A stretch of DNA of 64,000 nucleotides. It comes from Minisyncoccota bacterium (GTDB lineage: Bacteria; Patescibacteriota; Minisyncoccia; UBA6257; GWB1-50-10). Both the position numbers and the translations under genes were made by a program. This document shows positions 1 to 11,195 of this stretch, one piece after another. The stretch lies in assembly GCA_041659005.1 (NCBI GenBank), contig JBAZZD010000003.1:2650-66649 (forward strand). Direction: 5' to 3'. Numbering within the stretch: position 1 is the first letter of the stretch; each line of letters starts with the position of its first letter. The notes under the pieces are model-generated. The model made no database searches, was not told where the DNA came from, and was given only the letters and a program-made list of their open reading frames with translations.

Positions 1-73
1 TTCACAAACATTTAGAGACGAGCTGAAATATTCTCCGTCAGTAACAAAACTTTTTTCTTTTGAAAACTATGAT

Positions 74-835
74 GTGTATCATCTCAATAGTTTTAGACCG
101 CTTGTTTTTCAAGAAACAAGACCAGTGGGTATGTATTTTGATTTTTCAAAAAATAGAATGGACAATTTTAGAATCTTGTCTTCTTCATTTTTCTTAGACG
201 AAAACTTATTTAATTATCCAATTGCATTTGATTATAAAGAAAGTGCCAACTCATCGTCCTTACAAGACTTTGATTATTTTATATTTTTATCCGATGAGGT
301 TCCCCGTCTAAAAGAGAGGGGCATATTTGATATTCTTATCAATTCAAAAAAACCATTATTCGCGCTTCGCTCAAAAGAGCTAACCAATTATAGTTACGCC
401 TTTCCAAAGAATGTCACCGTTATTGATGTAACATCACAGGACTTTATGAATGAAGTTTCAAGTCTAATTTTCTCTTCCATAAAAGAAATAGAAAAAGAAA
501 AATTGTATATAAGCCCTAGTGATATTCAAATAAACAATCACACTGTTTCATTCCTTGCAAAAACAGATACTCTAAAGGCTCAAAAACAAGAAACAAAGAG
601 TGCGTGGATTATTAATTTATCATATTTTCCAAATTGGGTTAGAAGTAATAATGAAGAAATCTTTTTGGTAAATTCTGGACAAATGTTAACTTTTGCAAAA
701 TCGAACAATAATTCTGTGCAAAAAATTGTTATGACATTCGGAAGAAGTAAAGAGGAAATTTGGGGACTTTTTGTTTCATTTCTTGGTGTTTTCTTTCTCT
801 TTCTTCTTTATTTATTTTATAAAAAAGATGACTAA
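74..835 (+). CDS. hypothetical protein with C-terminal transmembrane segment (GTG start; may extend upstream of window)
   Basis: Long ORF, hydrophobic C-terminus FVSFLGVFFLFLLYLFY; no recognisable motif. Confidence 0.35.
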   Translation: MYHLNSFRPLVFQETRPVGMYFDFSKNRMDNFRILSSSFFLDENLFNYPIAFDYKESANSSSLQDFDYFIFLSDEVPRLKERGIFDILINSKKPLFALRSKELTNYSYAFPKNVTVIDVTSQDFMNEVSSLIFSSIKEIEKEKLYISPSDIQINNHTVSFLAKTDTLKAQKQETKSAWIINLSYFPNWVRSNNEEIFLVNSGQMLTFAKSNNNSVQKIVMTFGRSKEEIWGLFVSFLGVFFLFLLYLFYKKDD

Positions 836-902
836 AAACATAATATGAAACTAAATTTGATTTTTGTCTTAAAAAAATATAATATTTAAATGGTTTCGTT
901 TT

Positions 903-974
903 GGGCGCTTAGCTTAGTGGTAGAGCGTCTCGTTTACACCGAGAAGGTCGGGGGTTCAATCCCCTCAGCGCCCA
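903..974 (+). tRNA. tRNA-Val (anticodon TAC)
   Basis: Cloverleaf: acceptor GGGCGCT/AGCGCCC, anticodon arm TCTCG-TTTACAC-CGAGA, T-arm GGGGG-TTCAATC-CCCTC; 72 nt, no encoded CCA. Confidence 0.85.
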
Positions 975-1019
975 CAAAAAACAAAAACGCACGTATGTGC
1001 GATTTTTGTTAATGTAGGC

Positions 1020-1195
1020 AATGGAACGAAACAATTTATTGTTGAGTGTTCGGGGATTGAACGCCGGAGCATGTGCGAGTTAGCAAACGAGCACGGCGAG
1101 GCGGTGCCCAGCCCGAAGGAGTGTGACGGCACGACTGAGAGGCGAGGGCAATCTCAATATGTTTGTATTCACCATTTAGTAAAACAATTAGTTGA
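1020..1195. other. GC-rich ~175-bp non-coding element of unknown function (possible structured RNA or small-insertion remnant)
   Basis: Markedly GC-rich island in an AT-rich genome, no credible ORF, bracketed by two copies of the tRNA-Val 3' end. Confidence 0.3.
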
Positions 1196-1206
1196 GAAAA
1201 TCCCGA

Positions 1207-1232
1207 TCTCAGCGCCCACACAACAAAAAACA
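1207..1232 (+). repeat. direct repeat of tRNA-Val 3' end plus downstream A-rich tail (second copy of 962-986)
   Basis: ctcagcgcccaca + A-rich tail present at 962-986 and again at 1207-1232. Confidence 0.7.
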
Positions 1233-1346
1233 GCCGTTTTGTTCTAAGAAATATCGCGCAGACTGCGTAGGCAGTCGAGCGGAAAGAAAATTTTTAGCAA
1301 AAAAATATTCTGGTTCCAAAGAACAAACAGCTGTTGCCCTTAAAAG

Positions 1347-3215
1347 TTATTTTGCAGTTACCGAATCGGCTGAAACTCCAAGATCTTTAAGAAGTTTATA
1401 AAACTCTTCTTGTTCAAGCGTTTCTTTTTCAATAAGCGCCGCCGCAACGCCATCAAGCGCTTTGCGATAGGTGGTCATTATTTTCCTTGCGGTTTGCAAT
1501 CCTTTTTGGAGATATTCATTAATTTCTCCATCAATAGTAGTTCCTACCGTTTCAGAATAATCTTTATCATTTCCAAATCCCCGCCCCAAAAATGTCATCT
1601 CTTGCCCCTTTCCATAGGCGCGTGGCCCAAGTTTTTCACTCATTCCATATTTTGTTACTAATAACTCTGCCATATCGGTTGCTTGCTGAATATCGCTCGA
1701 GGAACCAGTAGTGATATCTTTAAATACCGCCTGCTCAGCAGCGTATCCACCCAGTGAAACTGCAATATCTCCAACAAAGTCTGATTTTGTTCTTAAGTGT
1801 CGTTCTTCCATTGGAAGTTTTAGTGTGTATCCACCTGCCACGCCACGGCTTACCACAGAGACCTTATGTACTGGATCTGAATTTTTAATAATTGCCGCGA
1901 CAATTGCATGACCCGCTTCGTGGTATGCGGTCACTCGCTTTTCATGGTCGTTGATAATTCTATTCTTTCGTGCAGGACCAAGTAATACTTTTTCAATCGA
2001 ATCCAACAAGTCTTCTTGTTCAATAACTTTTCGATTATTTCTTGCGGCAAGAATCGCTGCTTCGTTCATTAGATTCGCAAGTTCCGCCCCAGCAAATCCT
2101 GGCGTACGAAGTGCAACCACATGAAGATCAGATGATTTTGAAAGCGGTTTTCCTTTTGAGTGAATGTGCAAAATATCTTCTCTGTCTTTTATATCCGGCA
2201 TATCGAGTATCACGCGTCTATCAAATCGTCCCGGACGAAGAAGCGCTTGATCAAGAACATCGGGTCTATTTGTTGCGGCAATAACAATCACGCTGGTATC
2301 CCGTTCAAACCCGTCCATCTCAACAAGAATCTGATTAAGCGTCTGTTCACGCTCATCGTGTCCACCGCCCATTCCCGTTCCTCGCTCGCGTCCCACTGCA
2401 TCAATTTCATCAATAAAAACAATTGCAGGTGCCGATTTCTTTGCCATTTGGAACAGGTCACGAACACGAGATGCCCCAACACCAACAAACATTTCGACAA
2501 ATTCTGATGCTGAAATATGGAAAAATGGAACGTCGGATTCTCCGGCAACAGCACGCGCAAGCATTGTTTTTCCGGTTCCGGGAGTTCCCATAAGAAGCAC
2601 CCCACGAGGAATTTTTGCTCCCATCGCATGGAATTTTTTTGGACTTTTTAAAAATTCAACAACCTCCCACAATTCTTCTTTTGCTTCTTTGAGTCCTGCG
2701 ACGTCTTTAAATAAAATTTTGTCTTTTAACGGAGAAAATAATCGAATATTCACCCTCCCAAAAGAAAATGCCTGACTTGCTCCACCTTTTGCTTGGCGAA
2801 GCATCCACCAAAGAATAAGTCCCATAATAACCAACGGAATAAGCGTCGGGAGAAGAACCCCCATCCAATATTTCGCCCCACCTTGATCTTCTATCTTTAT
2901 TTCAATCTTTCCCAATGTACTTGATGAAATTCCATAACTTGATAGGGTTTCTAAGATTCCAACTCCCTGTTCCTTTTTTGATTTTATTTTTGTCCCATCG
3001 TTCAGATCAAGCGTAAGGTTGTTTTCTTGTGCTGTTATTGTTTTTACTTCTCCGTTTGCTATTTTCTTTGCCACGTTGCTAATGCTTGTTTCTTCTGGTG
3101 CTTTTGATTGCGTATCAAGAATCGCCCCAAAAAGAAGTGTAGTAATAATAAGAAAGATGACCGCAAGTATAATATTTTTCCAAAGTGATTTCATTCTGTT
3201 AGAAATAGATCGCAA
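1347..3215 (-). CDS. ftsH: ATP-dependent zinc metalloprotease FtsH
   Basis: N-terminal TM, AAA Walker A GTPGTGKT, second region of homology, HEAGHA zinc motif. Confidence 0.92.
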   Translation of the reverse strand: MRSISNRMKSLWKNIILAVIFLIITTLLFGAILDTQSKAPEETSISNVAKKIANGEVKTITAQENNLTLDLNDGTKIKSKKEQGVGILETLSSYGISSSTLGKIEIKIEDQGGAKYWMGVLLPTLIPLVIMGLILWWMLRQAKGGASQAFSFGRVNIRLFSPLKDKILFKDVAGLKEAKEELWEVVEFLKSPKKFHAMGAKIPRGVLLMGTPGTGKTMLARAVAGESDVPFFHISASEFVEMFVGVGASRVRDLFQMAKKSAPAIVFIDEIDAVGRERGTGMGGGHDEREQTLNQILVEMDGFERDTSVIVIAATNRPDVLDQALLRPGRFDRRVILDMPDIKDREDILHIHSKGKPLSKSSDLHVVALRTPGFAGAELANLMNEAAILAARNNRKVIEQEDLLDSIEKVLLGPARKNRIINDHEKRVTAYHEAGHAIVAAIIKNSDPVHKVSVVSRGVAGGYTLKLPMEERHLRTKSDFVGDIAVSLGGYAAEQAVFKDITTGSSSDIQQATDMAELLVTKYGMSEKLGPRAYGKGQEMTFLGRGFGNDKDYSETVGTTIDGEINEYLQKGLQTARKIMTTYRKALDGVAAALIEKETLEQEEFYKLLKDLGVSADSVTAK

Positions 3216-3332
3216 TCATAAAAGAACGCGATTTTTTATTGTTGTTATAATTTCGACTTCGCATAATGTATATAATTCCCGTGAAACAAACATTGTTTCT
3301 GATGGAACGTTTTTTACTATACAGTAAAATAC

Positions 3333-3365
3333 AAAAAAAGAAACTCCGCCTATTCATAGGCGGAG
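3333..3365 (-). terminator. intrinsic terminator for the 3373-3951 gene
   Basis: Stem ctccgccta/taggcggag with T-run on minus strand immediately after the stop. Confidence 0.6.
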
Positions 3366-3372
3366 TAATTGT

Positions 3373-3951
3373 TTATTTATTTCGAGCTCCCAAAAAGAAG
3401 AGGGGGATATTTACATCCAATGATTCATAGTTATAAATTACAAGATAAAATTTTCCTTTTTTATCAATGAATAGAGACGGAGATATTTCTCCATCATTAT
3501 TTTCACGTTTTGCGACGGATGCGCCAGCGACGATGCAAACCATATTCATTCGAATTTTTTCTTCAAAAACAAGATCCATCAATTCACATCCAGTGCAATT
3601 TCGATACCCAAGAAAATTCATTTCTTTCCTCGCAAGTGCTTCTTGCCCTTTTAAGAAAGGGAATAATTTTATCATATATTTTCCCTTCACTTCATTTTTG
3701 TGCGGAAAATAATTAAGCTCTTTTTCGCCTAATGATTCTGATAAAAGCGACCGCATTGTTGCACGTCGCACAAGCTCTTGAAATGTTCCCTCTTTTGCTC
3801 GCACTAAAAAATTTAATCCCACTTCTTTTTGCAACATCTCAAAAATTTTGTCTTGTCCTCGAGAATCAAATGAAATAATTCTCGGTATAATAAATGAATA
3901 AACAAAATGAAAAATTCTATTCATTTTATTTCTCTCAGTCATCTCTCCCAT
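3373..3951 (-). CDS. hypothetical protein
   Basis: 192-aa ORF followed by terminator; weak CinA-like CTGC motif only. Confidence 0.4.
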   Translation of the reverse strand: MGEMTERNKMNRIFHFVYSFIIPRIISFDSRGQDKIFEMLQKEVGLNFLVRAKEGTFQELVRRATMRSLLSESLGEKELNYFPHKNEVKGKYMIKLFPFLKGQEALARKEMNFLGYRNCTGCELMDLVFEEKIRMNMVCIVAGASVAKRENNDGEISPSLFIDKKGKFYLVIYNYESLDVNIPLFFLGARNK

Positions 3952-3999
3952 GTCTTTTTCCTTTCAATTAATTGTTAATGAATATCTTTGTTGTACAGC

Positions 4000-4043
4000 A
4001 ACTCAAAAGAAAATACAACAAATCCCCTTAAAATAGGGGATTT
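4000..4043 (-). terminator. intrinsic terminator downstream of S1 gene
   Basis: Hairpin aatcccct/aggggatt followed on minus strand by T-rich tract. Confidence 0.55.
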
Positions 4044-4061
4044 GGGAAAATTATTATTTTC

Positions 4062-5150
4062 TTATTTCACTAATTTCAAATTTATTCTTCGCTCTTCTGG
4101 CTTGATACTTTCAACAACAAATGTGTATTCTTTTTGAGGTATTAATTCCTTTTTCATTTCCTCTGCTCCTCCGAAATCAGTTACGTGCACATATCCCTGT
4201 GTTTCTTTGTCTATATTTATTACCGCTCCAAATGGATTAAACATATACACTGTTCCTTGAACAGTTAATCCCTCTTTGTATCGCTCGGCACTTGCAGCCC
4301 AAGGATCTTCTTTTAATACCTTGATAGAAAGTGAAATTTTGCCATCTTTTATTTCCATTATTTTTGCCTTGATCACCTCATCAATCTTCACAATTTCTTT
4401 TGGGTTTTCTACAACACAATAATCAAGTTCCGACACGTGAATAAGGCCCTCAACTGATGGGTTGTCTACAAATTTCACAAACACTCCAAAATCAGCCACC
4501 CCTGAAACAATTGCTTCAATAACTTGCCCAACGGAGTAATTTTTTACTAACTCGCGAGAAGAAATTTCCACCGCTTCTTTTTCTGAGACAATGAGCTTTC
4601 CATTTCGTTGATTTGCATCAATTATTTTTACAATAATTTCTTCTCCAACAAGTTTTTGAAGTGCTGATGCAATATCTGTCCTGTCTCCTACGCCAATTTT
4701 AGGATAATGATCAATCGATAGTTGCGAAACAGGAAGAAACGCTCCTACTCCTCGAATATTTACAATAAGTCCACCCTTGTTGTATCCGGTTGGCTTAACA
4801 GCGAACGCTTCATCTTTCCCTTTCAGCTCATCAATCTCCTGCCACGCCTTCTGGCGCCCAGCTTCAGTAAGTGAAAGCTCAACATACCCTTCTCCATTAT
4901 CAATTTCAACAACCTTCCCATTAATTACCCCTCCACACTCAACAGATCTTACAAGATCACGCGCATTTTGTAATTCACCTCTATATACAACACCAGTCCC
5001 ATTCTTTCCAAGATCAAGAAGAATACGGTTCGAACTTTTTTCTATTATTTTTCCCTCCACAAGGTCTCCAACCTTCAAAGGGGAGAATAACTGAGGCGCA
5101 GTTTTTACTAATTGCGCGAGCATCAGCATTCCATTCTTTACTATATTCAT
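4062..5150 (-). CDS. rpsA: 30S ribosomal protein S1-like (multiple S1 RNA-binding domains)
   Basis: Repeated S1-domain signatures (GxVV.I...G..V.L, GLIHVSELD) across 362 aa. Confidence 0.65.
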   Translation of the reverse strand: MNIVKNGMLMLAQLVKTAPQLFSPLKVGDLVEGKIIEKSSNRILLDLGKNGTGVVYRGELQNARDLVRSVECGGVINGKVVEIDNGEGYVELSLTEAGRQKAWQEIDELKGKDEAFAVKPTGYNKGGLIVNIRGVGAFLPVSQLSIDHYPKIGVGDRTDIASALQKLVGEEIIVKIIDANQRNGKLIVSEKEAVEISSRELVKNYSVGQVIEAIVSGVADFGVFVKFVDNPSVEGLIHVSELDYCVVENPKEIVKIDEVIKAKIMEIKDGKISLSIKVLKEDPWAASAERYKEGLTVQGTVYMFNPFGAVINIDKETQGYVHVTDFGGAEEMKKELIPQKEYTFVVESIKPEERRINLKLVK

Positions 5151-5287
5151 ACCGCATTAGAATACGTGTTTTAAGAAAAAAAAGCAACTTTAATAGGCAA
5201 TAAAAGGTTATTTTAAAAATACACAAGACGAATAACCAAAACTCAATCGTCAGTCTCCACATCTCCACTATTCAAATATTTATTTTT

Positions 5288-5887
5288 TTGACATATACTA
5301 CTCATGATATGGTTATTACACACCAAGGAGGAAACTATTTTAAAATACAAGCTGGCGATTATGCGGTACTTATTGATCCTGAAAATCAACGATCATTTAA
5401 AGGTGCCCAAGTAATTATAAATACAGTCAAGCCAACACTTGTAGAGCAACAAGAAGGAGAGGGTGCCCCGGTTTGGATTGAACACCAAGGGGAGTATGAA
5501 ATTGGTGGCGTCCGTATTCATGGATATTCCTGTGGATGGAATGAAAAAGCAAAATGTGAAAATACCGCATATCGCATCACTTTTGACAATATTTCGATTG
5601 CGATATTGGGTCACTTGTTCGCAGAACTTGATCCGAAAACCGTTGGGGTGCTTACCGATGCTGATATTTTGATTGTGCCCGCAGGCGGAACTCCATTTCT
5701 TGAAATCACAAAAATTGCAAAACTTATTCGTCAATTAGAACCGGGGATTGTTATTCCCTCACTCACAGAAAAACCACTCGCGCTTCTTAAGGAACTAAAT
5801 CGCGAAGCAAAACCGGAGGAGAAACTTACCATAAAGAAAAAGGAAATTGAACCAAAGGCCATAAAAGTGGTTTGGTTACAATCATAA
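5288..5887 (+). CDS. MBL-fold metal-dependent hydrolase (UPF0173-like)
   Basis: Short metallo-beta-lactamase-like protein; motif layout HxHxDH-like weakly conserved. Confidence 0.45.
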   Translation: MTYTTHDMVITHQGGNYFKIQAGDYAVLIDPENQRSFKGAQVIINTVKPTLVEQQEGEGAPVWIEHQGEYEIGGVRIHGYSCGWNEKAKCENTAYRITFDNISIAILGHLFAELDPKTVGVLTDADILIVPAGGTPFLEITKIAKLIRQLEPGIVIPSLTEKPLALLKELNREAKPEEKLTIKKKEIEPKAIKVVWLQS

Positions 5888-5893
5888 CGTTTT

Positions 5894-6328
5894 ATGAAAC
5901 AGGTGGTCACTAAGCATATTGAAAAAATACGTCACGCAAATGACACCGTGAAGCGTTGGTGGATCATTGGTGCAACCACAATCGTTATGTGTGCAATTAT
6001 AATTTTGTGGATTATATATATCAGCGCAACACTACCACAAACGAGACTATCAAATAGTACCGTTAGTGCCACGGACAATTCCAATACTTCACAGATAGAA
6101 TCAAAAAAAAAGAACCCATCACTTTTTGGAACCATAATAGAAGGAGTAAAAATTACTTCAAATAATACATTGGACTCATTTCGTTCATTTGGAACACAAT
6201 TCTCAAAAGGAATACAGGGCGCAATTGATTACACTACAAAGAAGGAAATTATAATAAAAAAAGAACCCCAAAAGGCACCATTTATACCAAATGACCCAGA
6301 ACCATTAGAACCAACACAATTACCATAA
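5894..6328 (+). CDS. hypothetical membrane-anchored protein
   Basis: N-terminal [24 protein letters not shown]. Confidence 0.4.
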   Translation: MKQVVTKHIEKIRHANDTVKRWWIIGATTIVMCAIIILWIIYISATLPQTRLSNSTVSATDNSNTSQIESKKKNPSLFGTIIEGVKITSNNTLDSFRSFGTQFSKGIQGAIDYTTKKEIIIKKEPQKAPFIPNDPEPLEPTQLP

Positions 6329-6332
6329 TAGT

Positions 6333-8807
6333 ATGAAAAAAGAAGAAAAAAATATTGAAATAGTACACGAGTCAATCCAACCACAAGAAATCACCGACGA
6401 ATTACAAAAATCATATTTAAGTTATGCAATGTCCGTTATTGTCTCGCGTGCTCTTCCCGATGTACGTGATGGATTAAAACCAGTACAACGCAGAATATTG
6501 TGGGGAATGTGGGACATGGGACTCACGCATACCACAAAATTTAAAAAATCAGCAAATGTAGTTGGAGAAGTTATGGGAAAATATCACCCGCATGGAGATC
6601 AAGCTATATACGACTCAATGGCACGTATGGCTCAAGATTTTTCCCTTCGTTATCCACTAGTAGACGGACAGGGAAACTGGGGATCAATAGATGGTGATGC
6701 GCCAGCAGCAATGCGTTATACGGAAGCGCGTCTTACAAAAATTTCCGCCGAACTATTAACTGATGTAGAAAAGGGGACGGTTGAATGGAATCAGAACTAT
6801 GACAACTCGCGTGTTGAGCCAGCATTTTTCCCCGCGAAACTTCCACACCTCTTATTAAACGGAACTGTTGGTATCGCTGTTGGTATGGCGACTTCCATTC
6901 CACCACATAACTTACATGAAATTATTAATGCGGTAATGCATCTTGCAAAACATCCTGACGCGTCAACAAAAGATTTGATGCAGTTTGTTCCTGGGCCAGA
7001 CTTTCCAACCGGAGGTGTGATTTTTGACAAAAAAGCGCTTGAAGAAGCATACGCAACAGGACGTGGATCAGTAACTATTCGTGCTGTTGCAGAAATTGAA
7101 GAACGAAAAAGCGGGAGTTTCCAAATTATCATTACCGAAATTCCCTATCAGGTAAACAAATCGGATCTTATTACAAAAATGGCGGAACTCGCCCAAGAAA
7201 AACGCATTGAGGGGATCAAAGATCTTCGAGATGAGTCAGACAGAGATGGACTTCGAATTGTTGTAGAGTTAAAAAATGATGCGGGACCGCAAAAGGTTTT
7301 AAATCAACTATTTCAATATACTGAGCTTCAAAAGAATTTCTATTTTAATATGTTGGCACTTGAGAATGGAATTTCACCAAGAATTTTTTCATTAAAAGAT
7401 GTTCTCTCTGCATATCTTGACCACCGAAAAATTATGGTGCGCAAGAGAACAGAATTCGATTTAAAAAAAGCTGAAGAACGCGCGCATATTCTTGACGGAC
7501 TCGCAACCGCACTCGATGTTATCGATAAAATAATTGAAACAATCAAGAAATCAAAAGACAAGGAAGAAGCGCGTGCCAACCTGATGAAAAGGTTTAAACT
7601 TTCTGAAATACAGGCAAATGCGATTCTCGAAATGCGCTTGCAGTCACTCGCGGCACTTGAAAGAATAAAAATTGAGGACGAATTAAAGGAAAAGAAAAAA
7701 TTTATTGCTGAGTGTAAGGCAATTCTAAAATCAGATGAACGAATTATCGGCATAATCACCGAAGAACTCATTGGACTTAAAACGACATACCCGAGTGAAA
7801 GAAAAACAAAACTTGTTTCCTCTGGAATCAAGGAATTTAAGGAAGAAGACCTCATTCAAAACGAAGAGGTGATTGTGACCCTAAGCCAAGATGGATATAT
7901 CAAGCGAATGCCACCAACGGTATTTAAGGCACAACGGCGGGGAGGAAAGGGGTTGATCGGTTTTGAATTAAAAGAAGAAGATCAAATACACAAAATTATC
8001 ACCGCCAATACCCACGATAATATTCTTTTCTTCACTGATAAAGGACGGGTATTCCAAACAAAGGTGTATGAAATTCCCGTTGCGTCACGAACGTCAAAGG
8101 GGAAATCAGTACATAACTTCCTTACACTTCCGCCGAATGAAAAAATTTGCTCGGTGGTAAATTATGAAGGTGTTGAGGGTGGAAAGCGTGGAGAGGGAAG
8201 TGGATTTCTCGTTATGGCGACACGAGATGGAATTATCAAAAAAACAGACTTTAAAGATTTCTCTAGTGTCAGAAGAACTGGAATTATCGCTATTACCTTA
8301 AAAGGTGAAGATGCGCTTCAGTGGGCAGATCGCTCCTCGGGAGAAGACGAAATTATTCTTGTAACGGCTGACGGACAATCAATTCGATTTAAAGAAAAAG
8401 ATGTGCGCGCAATGGGAAGAACTGCGTCAGGAATCAAAGCAATACACTTAAAAGGAAAGGATGTCGTTGCTGGATTTTCTATAATTACAAAAGGAACAAA
8501 ATCTGATATCCAATTTCTTGTCATCATGGGAAATGGATATGCAAAACAAACCCCAATCAAAGAATATAAAGTACAAAAACGTGGGGGAAGTGGGATTCGT
8601 ACTGCCAAGACAACAGATAAAACAGGAAAAGTGGTCGCCGCACACATTATTGATGGAAACGCGGAAGAGGTAATTGTATTTTCATCAAAAGGACAAGTAA
8701 TTCGAACAAAACTTTCAGACATCCGCGTCACTGGACGCGCAACACAAGGAGTAAAAATGATGAATCTTGATGCGGGGGACTCAATTATGGGGATTGTCGC
8801 ATTATAA
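6333..8807 (+). CDS. gyrA: DNA gyrase subunit A
   Basis: [26 protein letters not shown] active-site region with catalytic Tyr, C-terminal beta-pinwheel repeats with GyrA box QRRGGKG. Confidence 0.93.
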   Translation: MKKEEKNIEIVHESIQPQEITDELQKSYLSYAMSVIVSRALPDVRDGLKPVQRRILWGMWDMGLTHTTKFKKSANVVGEVMGKYHPHGDQAIYDSMARMAQDFSLRYPLVDGQGNWGSIDGDAPAAMRYTEARLTKISAELLTDVEKGTVEWNQNYDNSRVEPAFFPAKLPHLLLNGTVGIAVGMATSIPPHNLHEIINAVMHLAKHPDASTKDLMQFVPGPDFPTGGVIFDKKALEEAYATGRGSVTIRAVAEIEERKSGSFQIIITEIPYQVNKSDLITKMAELAQEKRIEGIKDLRDESDRDGLRIVVELKNDAGPQKVLNQLFQYTELQKNFYFNMLALENGISPRIFSLKDVLSAYLDHRKIMVRKRTEFDLKKAEERAHILDGLATALDVIDKIIETIKKSKDKEEARANLMKRFKLSEIQANAILEMRLQSLAALERIKIEDELKEKKKFIAECKAILKSDERIIGIITEELIGLKTTYPSERKTKLVSSGIKEFKEEDLIQNEEVIVTLSQDGYIKRMPPTVFKAQRRGGKGLIGFELKEEDQIHKIITANTHDNILFFTDKGRVFQTKVYEIPVASRTSKGKSVHNFLTLPPNEKICSVVNYEGVEGGKRGEGSGFLVMATRDGIIKKTDFKDFSSVRRTGIIAITLKGEDALQWADRSSGEDEIILVTADGQSIRFKEKDVRAMGRTASGIKAIHLKGKDVVAGFSIITKGTKSDIQFLVIMGNGYAKQTPIKEYKVQKRGGSGIRTAKTTDKTGKVVAAHIIDGNAEEVIVFSSKGQVIRTKLSDIRVTGRATQGVKMMNLDAGDSIMGIVAL

Positions 8808-8825
8808 AAATCAATAGAATTATTT

Positions 8826-8858
8826 GCACCACATTATTTAGAATAATGTGGTGGTGCG
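8826..8858 (+). terminator. hairpin downstream of gyrA (possible terminator)
   Basis: gcaccacattattt/aataatgtggtggtgc stem; weak T-run. Confidence 0.35.
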
Positions 8859-9014
8859 CTATAATTAAATATAATGCATTTCTGTAGACAGACACAGACC
8901 GTTAGAAATAATTCTAAAAACGGAATGTGGTTTTAATGGTATATCTAAAAACGTAATATTAAATTATGAATCAAAACAAAATGTCGCAATCAAATACAAA
9001 TTACTTCTAACTGG

Positions 9015-10316
9015 ATGAACAAATCACGAACACTCATTATTGGTGCGGTCGCAATTGGAATAGCACTTTTTGTTCTTATTCTTGTTGGGGTACTTCCTGG
9101 ACTTAATAGTAATGAGGTGAAAAATAATCCGATTTCTATCTCTGTCTGGGGTATAGGAAATGATAATGAATTTTTTGTTAGTTCCGCGGAAATATTAAGA
9201 ACCGAATACCCAAACTTCTCTGTTCAGTATCGTGGATTCTCTGATGAAGAGTCTTATAACTATGCACTTAGTGAAGCTTTTTCGCTTGGAAAAGCACCAG
9301 ACATTATTATGGTTTCGAATGCTGATATTCCAAAAATGAAGAGTAAGATTGCGCAAATTCCTCAACAGTACATTACACAACTTCAACTCCAGCAAACATT
9401 TCCAGAAACAGTGTGGAGATATGATTTTGCTGATAAAAATGGTGTTTATGCGCTCCCATTTACCATTGATACATTAGTGCTTTTCTACAATCGAGACATA
9501 TTAGGAAATGCTGGATTTGTGTACCCACCAGAAACATGGGAATTACTAGAAGAAATGATCCCCACGCTTACAAAAAAGAATGCAACGGGGACACTTGAAC
9601 AATCAGCAATTGCTCTCGGTGGAACTGAACAAACAATTGCACACGCTTCAGATATTCTTGCCTCACTTATGCTTCGTTCAGGAACAAAAATGGTAAGTGA
9701 TGATTTTTCTCGAGCTTCATTTAATAGTAAGGAAGGGGAAACGGCGCTTCAATTTTATACAAAATTTTCTGATCCAAAATCAAAAATATATACATGGAAT
9801 GAAACAATGTCCTACTCACTTGATGCGTTTGCGTCAGAACAAGTCGCAATGATTATTGGATACGAGCGCGATATAAAAATATTACGTGAAAAAAATAAAA
9901 ATCTTAATTTTGGAATTGCTTCAATTCCACAACCAAAGTCAGCGACAAAAACACTAACATATCCTTCGTATTACGGATATGCAATTACTCAACAATCAAA
10001 ACAAAAGGCAATTGCCGCAACATATTTAGTTCGTGCCACACTTGATAAAACAACAGCACAAAAATATGTAGAAAAAGTAGGGGGAACACCAATTCTCCTT
10101 TCACTTATTAATGAAAACATCAGTTCTACCGATAAGAGCGTCTTTGCGCGTCAGGCTCTTGTTGCACGCGGGTATCCACAAATCGATTCAATTGAAATTA
10201 GAACTATATTTTCAGAGATGATCCAGTTAGTTATCTCGGGAACAAAAACTATTGTGGAGGCACTAAATGAGGGGCAAACAAACGTGAATAAACTTTTTTC
10301 ACGAATAAGGTTATAA
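9015..10316 (+). CDS. extracellular solute-binding protein (ABC-transporter substrate-binding family 1-like), membrane-anchored
   Basis: N-terminal anchor then SBP_bac_1-like architecture; sequence-level family call only. Confidence 0.45.
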   Translation: MNKSRTLIIGAVAIGIALFVLILVGVLPGLNSNEVKNNPISISVWGIGNDNEFFVSSAEILRTEYPNFSVQYRGFSDEESYNYALSEAFSLGKAPDIIMVSNADIPKMKSKIAQIPQQYITQLQLQQTFPETVWRYDFADKNGVYALPFTIDTLVLFYNRDILGNAGFVYPPETWELLEEMIPTLTKKNATGTLEQSAIALGGTEQTIAHASDILASLMLRSGTKMVSDDFSRASFNSKEGETALQFYTKFSDPKSKIYTWNETMSYSLDAFASEQVAMIIGYERDIKILREKNKNLNFGIASIPQPKSATKTLTYPSYYGYAITQQSKQKAIAATYLVRATLDKTTAQKYVEKVGGTPILLSLINENISSTDKSVFARQALVARGYPQIDSIEIRTIFSEMIQLVISGTKTIVEALNEGQTNVNKLFSRIRL

Positions 10317-10323
10317 TAACTAT

Positions 10324-10809
10324 ATGAAAGTTTCTCTTTTTGTCTCTGTTGTATTGGTCTTGTTTTTTATATTTATCCCATCACTTTCACTTGCTGCGGA
10401 CCCACCTTCAATATTTAGTGGAATTAATATCTGGCAAAACGCCTACTGCGGAAGCACTAGTAGTCCAATTACAAGCACGGAAGGACCAAAAGGTCCGTGC
10501 GGATTCTGCGATGCTATTATCATTGCGTCAAATGTGATGCGATATATGTTCGAACTTGTTTTTTATATTCTTTTTCCTGTGTTCTTTGCTTGGGGCGGGA
10601 TACAGTTTATGATATCCCAAGGAAACCCAAGTAAGATAAAACAGGCAAGACAAATACTTATCAGCACCGTAATAGGATTTGTAATTGCAGCGGCTGCGTG
10701 GCTTATTATTGGCCTTTTGTTTCACTTAATGACGAATCTCTCTAGTACAAGTTCACCAGACCCAAATAGTGTTAACTCAATTAATCCGTGGAATAAAATA
10801 GAATGTTAG
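10324..10809 (+). CDS. VirB2/TrbC-like pilin family protein (paralog 1)
   Basis: Signal peptide, Cys pair, two hydrophobic helices separated by short basic loop QGNPSKIKQARQ. Confidence 0.55.
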   Translation: MKVSLFVSVVLVLFFIFIPSLSLAADPPSIFSGINIWQNAYCGSTSSPITSTEGPKGPCGFCDAIIIASNVMRYMFELVFYILFPVFFAWGGIQFMISQGNPSKIKQARQILISTVIGFVIAAAAWLIIGLLFHLMTNLSSTSSPDPNSVNSINPWNKIEC

Positions 10810-10828
10810 TCTATATTAATTACATATT

Positions 10829-11149
10829 ATGAAAAAATATATTATCTTCTTTTCCCTTTTCTTTTTCCCATTATTTGTTTTTGCAACAACAACCGTTGAA
10901 TTTCCTAATCTACTCGGCAACGCAACTTTTGGGGGCATTCTTTCAAAGCTCCTAATAATTGCAATGTGGTTTGGGGCAGTGATCCTCACCGGTCTCGTTG
11001 TGTGGTCTGCGTATGTACTTATGTTCTCTAAAGGAGATCCAGCGGAGATAAAAAAGGCAAAAGCAATGTTATTGTACGGCGTTATTGGCTATGTTATACT
11101 TCTTTTTGCAGATGCGATTCGCTTGATTATATTGAATCTTCTCGCATAA
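10829..11149 (+). CDS. VirB2/TrbC-like pilin family protein (paralog 2)
   Basis: Signal peptide, two TM helices, loop KGDPAEIKKAKAM shared with paralog 3. Confidence 0.6.
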   Translation: MKKYIIFFSLFFFPLFVFATTTVEFPNLLGNATFGGILSKLLIIAMWFGAVILTGLVVWSAYVLMFSKGDPAEIKKAKAMLLYGVIGYVILLFADAIRLIILNLLA

Positions 11150-11195
11150 AAGGTCGGATACTAACACATATTTGATACAAATCTGTTATATATAT

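Noticed and set aside
1020-1195. SRP RNA (4.5S) assignment
   Set aside because: Only a loose resemblance (CAGCCCGAAGGAG versus CAGGUCCGGAAGGAAGCAG); the domain IV symmetric loop and pairing partners are not evident, so left as unknown.
1036-1401. ORFs 1036-1221(-) and 1192-1401(+)
   Set aside because: They fall in the GC-rich non-coding element or antisense to the ftsH 3' end; composition-driven, no coding signal.
6797-8731. Antisense ORFs within gyrA (6797-7132, 7340-7855, 8318-8731), and similar ones inside pnp, polA, PBP, ftsH
   Set aside because: They are fully embedded antisense to well-supported conserved genes, with no independent evidence.
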